This document shows positions 1 to 6,623 of a DNA stretch of 15,515 bases, piece by piece. Where the stretch lies: positions 1-15,515 of the forward strand of contig JAUYJY010000059.1 of assembly GCA_030699205.1 (NCBI GenBank), written 5' to 3'. The notes under the pieces were generated by a model. That model was given only the letters and a program-made list of their open reading frames with translations, ran no database searches and was not told where the DNA came from. Position 1 is the stretch's first letter. Each line of letters opens with the position of its first letter. This DNA comes from Candidatus Pacearchaeota archaeon (GTDB lineage: Archaea > Nanobdellota > Nanobdellia > Pacearchaeales > GW2011-AR1). Both the position numbers and the translations under genes were made by a program.

Positions 1-62
1 TTTTTCTCTATCTTATTCATTAAAGCAATGGGTCCAAAAGAAAAACTTACATTTTCTTTCAT
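1..62 (-). CDS. 5' end of an unidentified CDS running off the left edge (visible: MKENVSFSFGPIALMNKIEK...)
   Basis: ATG at 60-62 (minus). GGAGGT (RC of 71-76) lies 8 nt upstream. The frame stays open to position 1. Too short to identify. Confidence 0.3.
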   Translation of the reverse strand, partial: MKENVSFSFGPIALMNKIEK

Positions 63-261
63 AATTATGGACCTCCTTTCAAACAATTAGTTTTGAATAA
101 GAATTAGGCTATTTAGGATTAACTGGCGAAGTCAAGTTAAAAAATCCAATAAATCCATCACACCTCTTTTGAACTAATCACCTTAATTTAAATTAATACG
201 CCAGTCCTCCAAAAACTTGACTATTTTATCTCAATCAACTTCAGCATATCCATTCCATAAA

Positions 262-1503
262 TCAAAGAATATTAATAACACTAAATACCAACATTATAAG
301 AGAAGTAATTACTCCCAACAAAGACAAAACAGGAAACTTCCCGATATTCAATGGCATCCTAAACACTCTTTTTTCATCTTTCTTATATCTCAAAACAATT
401 GCAACTAAATTAATCAGTGCAAAAGTAGCAAATAACAATACAGTGGTCAAATCAGCAACAAAACCAATATCCTCAAAAAATGTCAAAGCAACAGTAACAA
501 TACCAACAGCAAAAACAGCAACATAAGGTGTCCCTCTTTTCTTATGAATCTTAGAAAATATTTTTGGAAGAAACTTTCGTTCAGCCATTCCATAAACCAT
601 TCTCGAAGTTGTAAGCATCGTTAATAAAACCGTATTTGATGTAGAAAATAAAGCAATTATGGCAAGAATAATAAAAGCAGTGCCTCCAAAAGAATAAGCT
701 GCTACATCGGCAAGAGGGCTCTTACTACCCGCAATCTGTTCAACAGGCAGAATACTTACAGCAGATATAGCAACTAAGATATACAAGATTGCAGTAATCA
801 CAACAGATAAAATAATTGCCTTGGGAATTGTCTTCTCCGGATTTTTAGCTTCCTCGCTCAACTTTACTATTGTCTCAAATCCCATAAATGCAAAAAACAA
901 CAAGGCTCCAGTCTTTAAAACTCCAAAAAATCCGTTAGGCATCTCAAACAAATCAACACTTCCAAAATGTTTAATTCCCAAAAGAATAATTATCACCAAT
1001 CCTAAAAATTCAATAGTCGTTGCAGTTAAGTTGAATTTATTGCTTTCTTTAATCCCCCAATAATTAAGAAAAGCCATCAACATAACAATTGCAATCCCTG
1101 CAAATAAATACCTGATTGCAATCAGCGAGGATAAATAGCCCGCAAACCCCAAAGCAACCGCCGCAGAACTTACAACACCTGTAAAAATAATAAGCAAAGA
1201 AACAAAACCCGCAAGTTTTCTTCCAAATCCCGCATTAATATAATCATATTCCCCTGCATCTCCTTTGAAAATGCTGCTAAGCTCTGCATAACTCAATCCC
1301 GTAAATGCAGCAACAATCGCAGAAATCAAAAAACTCAACCAAATTGTATTTCCCGTCTCTCCCGCAGCGATTCCAATCAAAGCATAAATCCCGGCACCCA
1401 ATATAATTCCCACACCTGCAACAGTAACACTAAAAAGTCCAAGCTCTTTCTTTAACTTCCCACCGCCTTTAATCAAAGGAGTTATCGATGCAATTTTTTT
1501 CAT
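262..1503 (-). CDS. APC-superfamily amino acid/polyamine permease
   Basis: 413-aa multi-pass hydrophobic ORF. The N-terminal block LFSVTVAGVGIILGAGIYALIG and GLSYAELSS are typical of the amino acid-polyamine-organocation transporter family. Confidence 0.85.
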   Translation of the reverse strand: MKKIASITPLIKGGGKLKKELGLFSVTVAGVGIILGAGIYALIGIAAGETGNTIWLSFLISAIVAAFTGLSYAELSSIFKGDAGEYDYINAGFGRKLAGFVSLLIIFTGVVSSAAVALGFAGYLSSLIAIRYLFAGIAIVMLMAFLNYWGIKESNKFNLTATTIEFLGLVIIILLGIKHFGSVDLFEMPNGFFGVLKTGALLFFAFMGFETIVKLSEEAKNPEKTIPKAIILSVVITAILYILVAISAVSILPVEQIAGSKSPLADVAAYSFGGTAFIILAIIALFSTSNTVLLTMLTTSRMVYGMAERKFLPKIFSKIHKKRGTPYVAVFAVGIVTVALTFFEDIGFVADLTTVLLFATFALINLVAIVLRYKKDEKRVFRMPLNIGKFPVLSLLGVITSLIMLVFSVINIL

Positions 1504-1596
1504 CTATTTGAAGACACTCTTTCTTCGATTTAACCAATACCCACTTTTAAATCCTTCTCAAAACTAGAAACCTAACTTCCTCAAACTTCATAAAAA

Positions 1597-3039
1597 TCAC
1601 CCCAGAACTTTCCTAACTATTTCCATTGCTCTCTTCGCATCTAACTTTCCTTTAAATTCTTTCATAACCAAACCCATATAAGCATTAGCCCTCAATCCCG
1701 GTTTTCCCTTAACCATCGCCCTTATTCTTTCTTCAATCTCATTTTCACCTGCTTTCTCAATCCTTAAAGCATCATCTAATTCTAACCCATCAAGAATTTT
1801 TTCCATAATTATTTTCACATCTGATTTATCTAACTTCCCTGAATTAACCTTCTCTAATATTCTTTCCAAAACTTTCTCGGATAAAACATCCCTAACATCA
1901 TCCATGCTCTTCCTCATCTTAGTTCCAAATTCAGTCCTCCAAAGAGTAATCATTTTCCCAACTAAATTAGCATCTTTGTTATATACCTTAATTAAAGCAA
2001 GAAATTCATCAACCACTTCGCCATTAGACAAAACTAATTTAATCATTTCATCAGACAGCCCCTTCTTCTTTAACAATCCAGTAAGTTCAGTCCTCAATTT
2101 AGGAAGGTGTTTTTTCAGCTTATTTACTCTCTCTCTCGAAATTTTTAATAAATCTAAATCAGTTTCAGGATACATCCTCGCCTGTCCGGGCATTGGCCTC
2201 AAATACTCCGTCTCTCCAGAAGGCAAAGCATTCCTAACCTCTCCAATTTTATTTCCCTTCTTAATATTTTCCAGTTGTCTTTCAATCTCCAAATCAATTG
2301 TTTTAACAAACATCTTAGGCTCCTGAAAACCTTTTATTTCAACCCTGTCATGTCCTTCAATAGAAACATTCACATCCTGCCTTATTGTCCCAATCCCTCT
2401 TTTAACCTTGCAAGCCCTTAAAATCTCTCCAAGTTTTAAAGCAACCTCTTTCACTTCTTCGGGATTTCTCATATCGGGTGCAGTAGCAATTTCAACTAAA
2501 GGAATCCCTAACCTATCCAATCTATAAACAACCTTATCTTTTTCTCTTAAAATAACCCTCGCAGAATCCTCTTCAAGACAAACACTATCAACCCCCACCT
2601 TCCCAAAAGAAGTTTCCACAAAACCCGAATGAGCAATCAAAACAGTTCTTTGAAATCCGGAAGTATTTGAGCCATCAATAACCGTCTTCCTCATAACCTG
2701 TGTTGTATAATATATCTCACAATTCAAAAGCAAAGCAACCTGTAAAGCGATATCTAAAGCATCTTCGTTTATAGGTCTTGGAGGCTCTTCATCCAACTCA
2801 ACAAGAGAAACAGAATCGCAATACCCTTCGTAGCAAAACTCTTTTCCCAAAACAGCTTCATGCATAACCGCAACATCAACCTCCCCAGTCTCACCAGCAA
2901 CAGCATGCATTCTCCGCCTAATAACATAATCCGGCTCATCGTTCCTCAAAAAAGAAGGTGCATTAGAAAACAACTTCCCAGTATCAATCTGCTGATGTAT
3001 CTCAAGCCCGGCTTTAAAACCAATTTTTTTATAATCCAT
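1597..3039 (-). CDS. gatE: Glu-tRNA(Gln) amidotransferase subunit E (GatE), compact 480-aa form
   Basis: GatB/E family blocks are present: GLEIHQQIDTGKLFS (GatE-type HQQ), LVELDEEPP, DGSNTSGFQRT, IRQDVNVSI and RMYPETD. There is a YqeY-like tail, AYMGLVMKEFKGKLDAKRAMEIV. The partner gatD is in the same window. Confidence 0.85.
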   Translation of the reverse strand: MDYKKIGFKAGLEIHQQIDTGKLFSNAPSFLRNDEPDYVIRRRMHAVAGETGEVDVAVMHEAVLGKEFCYEGYCDSVSLVELDEEPPRPINEDALDIALQVALLLNCEIYYTTQVMRKTVIDGSNTSGFQRTVLIAHSGFVETSFGKVGVDSVCLEEDSARVILREKDKVVYRLDRLGIPLVEIATAPDMRNPEEVKEVALKLGEILRACKVKRGIGTIRQDVNVSIEGHDRVEIKGFQEPKMFVKTIDLEIERQLENIKKGNKIGEVRNALPSGETEYLRPMPGQARMYPETDLDLLKISRERVNKLKKHLPKLRTELTGLLKKKGLSDEMIKLVLSNGEVVDEFLALIKVYNKDANLVGKMITLWRTEFGTKMRKSMDDVRDVLSEKVLERILEKVNSGKLDKSDVKIIMEKILDGLELDDALRIEKAGENEIEERIRAMVKGKPGLRANAYMGLVMKEFKGKLDAKRAMEIVRKVLG

Positions 3040-3060
3040 AATTAAATCAAAAGAATGTAG

Positions 3061-3070
3061 TTATTAAAAG
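3061..3070 (-). promoter_or_regulatory. TATA box (CTTTTAATAA on minus strand) for gatE, centred ~26 nt upstream of the ATG
   Basis: The same A/T motif at the same spacing is seen upstream of proS, the 9428-9997 gene and the tRNA. It abuts the stop of the upstream ligase gene. Confidence 0.45.
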
Positions 3071-3940
3071 TTATCTTCCAAAAAACTTTCTAATCTTGTC
3101 CATTTCTTCAGAAGCTGAAAGAGTTTTATAAGATTCAATAACCTTCTCTCTTGTATAATTGAACCCTCTTTCTTTCCTAATGTCCCTTCTAACTTCATCC
3201 ACTAAGCCTGTAAGAGTAACTGAAGACTTCCCCCTATCAAGTAAACGATGAAAAGCCTTCATAAACCTAAAACTCGTCAAATAATCTACATTTAAACCTC
3301 CAAAAACCCCTTCCCGTTTCTCAGCAAAATCAGGATGCAAAATCTTCCAAAACTCTTGAGGATCTGAATGATAATCTTTTATTACTAACCCTTCTCTCGG
3401 TCCGCTATAATATCCACTTCTCTCTTTGTTCAACATCAAATCAAAATCTTTAAAACTCAATCTTCCAAACTTTAAAACATCTAAAAAATTAACTCCCTCA
3501 ACACCCAAACTGATAATTTCCTTCCTGGCTTCTTCATAAGGAATAAATTTTCTGCTATCTCTATCAAACACATCAATTACAAAAAACTTATCGATAAACT
3601 CTGGATTATATTCAATTGAGTGATTTCCAAGCCATTCTCCAAAGACTATACGGTTTCCAGGTAGAGCATATAATGAATGATTTGAATGAGCCCAATCAAC
3701 AAATCTTCCAAACCAAGGAACTCTCTCAATAGTTTTCTTTCCTTTCAAAAATTTAGCCCTTGTTCCAAGTCTAATTTGAAAATTTGAAACACTGACTTGG
3801 CAATTCCCACCATCTACCTTTTCAAAAACTCCTACCTTCCGATTTTTCAGTACTTTGACAACTTCAGAAATCGAATCCAATGGAACAATCCCTCCATATT
3901 TCACAAAACTTTCATTATTATCATTTTTTGAACTTGCCAT
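3071..3940 (-). CDS. ATP-dependent RNA ligase, Rnl2-like / RNA_ligase superfamily (289 aa)
   Basis: Complete covalent nucleotidyltransferase motif set: I EK41VDGGN (codon K41 = 3818-3820), III VFGEWLG, IIIa FFVIDVFD, IV EGLVIKD, V WKILHPDF. KxDGxN rather than KxDGxR favours RNA ligase over DNA ligase. Confidence 0.8.
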   Translation of the reverse strand: MASSKNDNNESFVKYGGIVPLDSISEVVKVLKNRKVGVFEKVDGGNCQVSVSNFQIRLGTRAKFLKGKKTIERVPWFGRFVDWAHSNHSLYALPGNRIVFGEWLGNHSIEYNPEFIDKFFVIDVFDRDSRKFIPYEEARKEIISLGVEGVNFLDVLKFGRLSFKDFDLMLNKERSGYYSGPREGLVIKDYHSDPQEFWKILHPDFAEKREGVFGGLNVDYLTSFRFMKAFHRLLDRGKSSVTLTGLVDEVRRDIRKERGFNYTREKVIESYKTLSASEEMDKIRKFFGR

Positions 3941-3964
3941 TTTGTTATCTAGTAGACACCCAGT

Positions 3965-4606
3965 CTATTCCAGTATAATGGGAACCATCTGGACCCCTAT
4001 CTTTAAAAGATCAATGGTGGCCTGAACATGTTCATCAGCACTCAATACAACAACATGATTTAGATTTTCTATCGGAAGTCCACTAACAACTACAAATTTC
4101 TTTGGACTTGGAACTAATAAATATCTTGAAGATAATGCAGAAGTAACAAGCTTCAGATCACAATATGATATTTCATCTCTTTCACATTTCTTATGCCCTT
4201 TCTCAAATGCAACTCTTCCTGCAAGATGAACATTCAATCCTAGTAATTCAATATCAACATCAGGATCAAAAATGGTTTTGCTTAAAAGAGATTTATAAGC
4301 CTTATTCATTCTTTTGACAAAATCAAAAGTTCTCTCAGAAATTTCACGCCTACCGTGAACCCTATGATTTTCATAATGCCCCTTAGTTTCTTTGAAAATT
4401 TCATTAGAAACAAACAAAGGATAATTCTGATTAACTAAACTCCTATAAAAATCAGGAGAGCTACATGGAGAGTTCTCTAGTTCTGTTTCAATATCTATTA
4501 TTGCAGAAGTATCTAAAAAAATGGAAGGTCTTCCATCAGAAATTGCATTTATCTGCTTCGTTATTCGTTTAACTAATCCTTCCAAGCCATTCTCTTTCTT
4601 CTTCAT
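3965..4606 (-). CDS. PIN-domain nuclease (213 aa, enlarged PIN with insertions)
   Basis: The acidic quartet sits in canonical contexts: IFLD32TSAIID, FVSNE69IFKE, SYCD150LKLVTSAL, VVLSAD191EHV. It ends 24 nt upstream of the ligase gene on the same strand. Confidence 0.7.
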   Translation of the reverse strand: MKKKENGLEGLVKRITKQINAISDGRPSIFLDTSAIIDIETELENSPCSSPDFYRSLVNQNYPLFVSNEIFKETKGHYENHRVHGRREISERTFDFVKRMNKAYKSLLSKTIFDPDVDIELLGLNVHLAGRVAFEKGHKKCERDEISYCDLKLVTSALSSRYLLVPSPKKFVVVSGLPIENLNHVVVLSADEHVQATIDLLKIGVQMVPIILE

Positions 4607-4627
4607 ACTAAATAACCCCCCCTCCCA

Positions 4628-4637
4628 CTTTTAAACC
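4628..4637 (-). promoter_or_regulatory. TATA-like box (GGTTTAAAAG on minus strand) ~27 nt upstream of the PIN ATG
   Basis: A/T box at the spacing used by other genes in the window. Divergent intergenic region shared with the DUF1003 gene. Confidence 0.35.
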
Positions 4638-4645
4638 TTTCTGCT

Positions 4646-4668
4646 ATGTAACCCCCAAGAAGTTACAT
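4646..4668. promoter_or_regulatory. Inverted repeat ATGTAAC-N9-GTTACAT in the PIN / DUF1003 divergent intergenic region (possible operator)
   Basis: 7-bp perfect arms (4646-4652 and 4662-4668) lie between the two divergent TATA-like boxes. No binding protein can be assigned. Confidence 0.25.
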
Positions 4669-4688
4669 TAACACATACAACCCCAAGA

Positions 4689-4695
4689 TTTAAAT
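4689..4695 (+). promoter_or_regulatory. TATA box (TTTAAAT) ~26 nt upstream of the DUF1003 ATG
   Basis: Position and sequence are consistent with the other leaderless-type promoters in this window. Confidence 0.4.
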
Positions 4696-4717
4696 CCTAA
4701 AAAATCCAAAAATAGAA

Positions 4718-5137
4718 ATGAATAAAAAAGAAAAATTTCAGGAAATAAAAGAATCCGTAAACAACAAACTTAATCACCCAAATATTTCAGCAAAACGAAC
4801 ATTTGGAGAAAAAGCATCCGACAACCTAACAAAATGGGCGGGCTCGTGGATATTCATTATAATCTTCTTAGTAATAATTGCATTATGGATTTATATCAAT
4901 GTATCTTTCATATTAAACTACGGAAAAGAACCTTTTGACCCTTTCCCATTCATTCTTCTTAACCTCGCACTCTCTCTATTAGCTGCAATACAAGCCCCGA
5001 TAATTCTTATGTCCCAAAACAGAGAAGCCAAAAAAGACAGATTAAGAACAGAATATGACTACGCAGTAAATAGAAAAGCGGAAAGAGAAATTTCAGAGAT
5101 TAAAAGTCAATTAAACAGAATTGAAAAAAGAATATAA
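4718..5137 (+). CDS. DUF1003-family membrane protein
   Basis: 139 aa. The block GEKASDNLTKWAGSWIFIIIF ... FDPFPFILLNLALSLLAAIQAPIILMSQNREAKKDRLRTEYDYAVNRKAEREI matches the conserved DUF1003 core (FDPYPFILLNL...MSQNRQ...D..RAE.DY.VN.KAE). Confidence 0.8.
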   Translation: MNKKEKFQEIKESVNNKLNHPNISAKRTFGEKASDNLTKWAGSWIFIIIFLVIIALWIYINVSFILNYGKEPFDPFPFILLNLALSLLAAIQAPIILMSQNREAKKDRLRTEYDYAVNRKAEREISEIKSQLNRIEKRI

Positions 5138-5224
5138 AAAATAATGATTAGATAAAAAACGGACTAATCGGGCTTAAGGGATATTAAATTTTTGAGGCAT
5201 CACACAAAAATCCGAAGTGACAAG

Positions 5225-5371
5225 ATGGAGAAAAAAATTTGGGAAAATCACGAGCCGAGTGATTTTCCTTTAAAGTGCTGTTCAACGCCCCGACGAGCAA
5301 AGCGAGGAGAACGCAGTAGGGTCGAGGATTTCGAAAAAATCCGAAGAAGTCGAGAAAAAACTCGTATCTAG
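5225..5371 (+). CDS. Possible 48-codon Arg/Lys-rich small ORF inside GC-rich repeat A (MEKKIWENHEPSDFPLKCCSTPRRAKRGERSRVEDFEKIRRSREKTRI)
   Basis: Read by hand; it is below the length cut-off of the ORF track. ATG 5225, TAG 5369-5371. It uses CGA/CGC/AGG codons atypical of this window. It could equally be non-coding repeat or structured RNA. Confidence 0.2.
   Translation: MEKKIWENHEPSDFPLKCCSTPRRAKRGERSRVEDFEKIRRSREKTRI
5241..5363 (+). repeat. GC-rich repeat copy A (left arm of the inverted pair flanking ORF 5480-6193)
   Basis: The blocks GGGAAAATCA 5241-5250, TGTTCAACGC 5279-5288 and TCGAGAAAAAACTC 5350-5363 are exact reverse complements of blocks at 6245-6254, 6217-6226 and 6201-6214. There is an internal perfect 10-bp hairpin at 5242-5251/5259-5268. 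31 G/C in 5281-5340. Confidence 0.7.
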
Positions 5372-5449
5372 TGCGAAGCACACTTTATTCAAAATATTAA
5401 GGTTGTGGCTTATTGTTTAGTCACTTAATAGTAGTCATAGATAGAAAGA

Positions 5450-5457
5450 TTTATAAA
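5450..5457 (+). promoter_or_regulatory. TATA box (TTTATAAA) ~27 nt upstream of the ATG of ORF 5480-6193
   Basis: Sequence and spacing are as for other genes here. It lies inside the repeat-bracketed segment. Confidence 0.45.
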
Positions 5458-5479
5458 GAATAAAAATAAACCAATTTCA

Positions 5480-6193
5480 ATGGAATTAGAACCTATATTA
5501 AATGACTTTGAATGTTATAGGCAAGTTCAAAGAATTAAAGGTTTAGATAATCTTCTAACAGATTATTTAATAACACATGAACTTGCTGTATCAGATGGAG
5601 AACCAAATCAGGGAAGAGAAGTGAGACTAATGAGGGATAAACCTGATTTATCTAGTCGTTCTGTAATATTTCATGAAAAGTGTGAGATTGGTTTATATCT
5701 TGGATTATTTGCAACCAATCTGGGTTTTAAATATACTGAGGATGAAGTTAGGAATGGAACAGCACATAAACAGAATTATATTGAAGCACATAATGTTGCT
5801 GAATCAATAGAACTTGCATTATTACAACATGTTGCAATGAAAGTAAGTGGAAGAAAAATTCCATTTTTTGCAATACTTCCTACTAGGCCTGTGATACAAA
5901 TTTTTGATCCTGAATTTAAAGTTGCAAAATTAAGAATGGGTAGATATCTTCCAAATAACTCATTTTTTAGATTGTATGCAGGAACAGAAGAGTTTGTGCC
6001 ACTTAAATTTAATCCAGAAGATGTTCAAGCAAGTTTTGAAATGTTTGAAAGATTTGGCTCTGAATATCATACTCCTGATTTTAAAGATAGATGTCTAACA
6101 GCAGTTAAAAATTTTGTAAGAAGCACTAATATTAAATATGAATCATTGCAAGAGTCTATGCGTGTTAGAGTAAAACAAGCCCCAACCTTTTAG
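5480..6193 (+). CDS. Orphan hypothetical protein (237 aa) with an RNxxxH motif
   Basis: Long ORF with host-like composition and its own TATA box. I recognise no family. R91-N-G-T-A-H96 (5750-5767) fits the HEPN Rx4-6H pattern, but that is weak evidence on its own. Confidence 0.6.
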   Translation: MELEPILNDFECYRQVQRIKGLDNLLTDYLITHELAVSDGEPNQGREVRLMRDKPDLSSRSVIFHEKCEIGLYLGLFATNLGFKYTEDEVRNGTAHKQNYIEAHNVAESIELALLQHVAMKVSGRKIPFFAILPTRPVIQIFDPEFKVAKLRMGRYLPNNSFFRLYAGTEEFVPLKFNPEDVQASFEMFERFGSEYHTPDFKDRCLTAVKNFVRSTNIKYESLQESMRVRVKQAPTF

Positions 6194-6200
6194 GAGTTTA

Positions 6201-6300
6201 GAGTTTTTTCTCGATTGCGTTGAACATCGGAATTTAACGAAGTTTGATTTTCCCTCGTGAAGCGAAGCGGAACGGAGAAGTTTATTTTTAGGGGCGTTAA
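6201..6300 (-). repeat. GC-rich repeat copy B (right arm, inverted and internally rearranged relative to A)
   Basis: It contains the reverse complements of the three A blocks, plus a second GGGGCGTTAA (6291-6300) related to TTCAACGCCCC of A. It starts 7 nt after the stop of ORF 5480-6193. Confidence 0.7.
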
Positions 6301-6623
6301 TCCAATGAATATGTATAGAAGATTTCATCTTCGCCATAATGAATTTCTTTTAAAGTTCCAATTTCTTTAAAGCCAAAACTTTTATGCATTTTTTGAGAAG
6401 CAACATTTTTTTTATGTGTTGAACTTAAGGCGATTCTATTTTTACTTTTTTGTTGTTGAGAAATTTCAATATATTTAGATAATAAAGTCTTTTCTTTATG
6501 AGTTACATTGTGAATAATAATGCCCGATAAAACAGCGTCATATCCCTGACCTAAATCTTCTTTGGTAAAATCTCCACGAATTAGTTTTATACACAGCTTA
6601 TAAATATTTATTCGCTCAACAAT
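6297..6623 (-). pseudogene. Start-less C-terminal fragment of a GNAT-like acetyltransferase (108 codons open, no ATG/GTG/TTG before codon ~73)
   Basis: Hand translation of the minus strand gives IVERINIYKLCIKLIRGDFTKEDLGQGYDAVLSGIIIHNVTHKEKTLLSKYIEISQQQKSKNRIALSSTHKKNVASQKMHKSFGFKEIGTLKEIHYGEDEIFYTYSLD*. The tail N-x2-[AS]-x3-[YH]-x2-x-GF-x-x-x-G is GNAT motif-B-like. The open frame begins right after a TGA at 6624-6626 and overlaps the gatD 3' end. Confidence 0.45.

Noticed and set aside
821-1063. 80-aa plus-strand ORF inside the permease gene. The same class includes 217-408, 1904-2326, 2860-3045, 7136-7345, 7364-7714, 10581-10784, 13522-13749 and 14871-15068.
   Set aside because: All of these lie antisense to, or out of frame within, long well-supported genes. 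They have low-complexity, Ser/Asn/Ile/Phe/Lys-rich translations typical of shadow ORFs in AT-rich DNA, and none has a recognisable motif.
4616-4626. C7-T-C3 run (G-rich on the minus strand) 10 nt upstream of the PIN ATG, as a Shine-Dalgarno site or slippage-prone phase-variation tract.
   Set aside because: Given the TATA-like box at 4628-4637, the transcript probably starts at or near the ATG, so this tract may not be in the mRNA at all. A single homopolymer without population data cannot support phase variation. Left unresolved.
5184-5381. 65-aa minus-strand track ORF in repeat A, and the 64-aa minus-strand ORF 6143-6337 in repeat B.
   Set aside because: Both sit inside the GC-rich repeat patches, where open frames arise easily. 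6143-6337 runs antisense into the 3' end of ORF 5480-6193. Neither has a promoter-like box at the usual spacing or a recognisable motif. They are kept only as context for the repeat findings.
5905-5925. FDPEFK in ORF 5480-6193 as a PD-(D/E)xK nuclease motif, and HNVAESIELALLQH as an HNH motif.
   Set aside because: The Asp and E-x-K are only two residues apart instead of being separated by a beta-hairpin. The His/Asn residues lie in a predicted helix without the beta-beta-alpha metal-finger context. These are pattern coincidences.
5184-6310. GC-rich patches as a known structured RNA (tRNA or tRNA half, C/D-box sRNA, SRP or RNase P RNA).
   Set aside because: I could find no cloverleaf, no T-loop GTTCGAATC-type motif, and no C (RUGAUGA) / D (CUGA) box pairs. 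Size and helices do not fit SRP or RNase P. A novel RNA is not excluded and is covered in the repeat finding.
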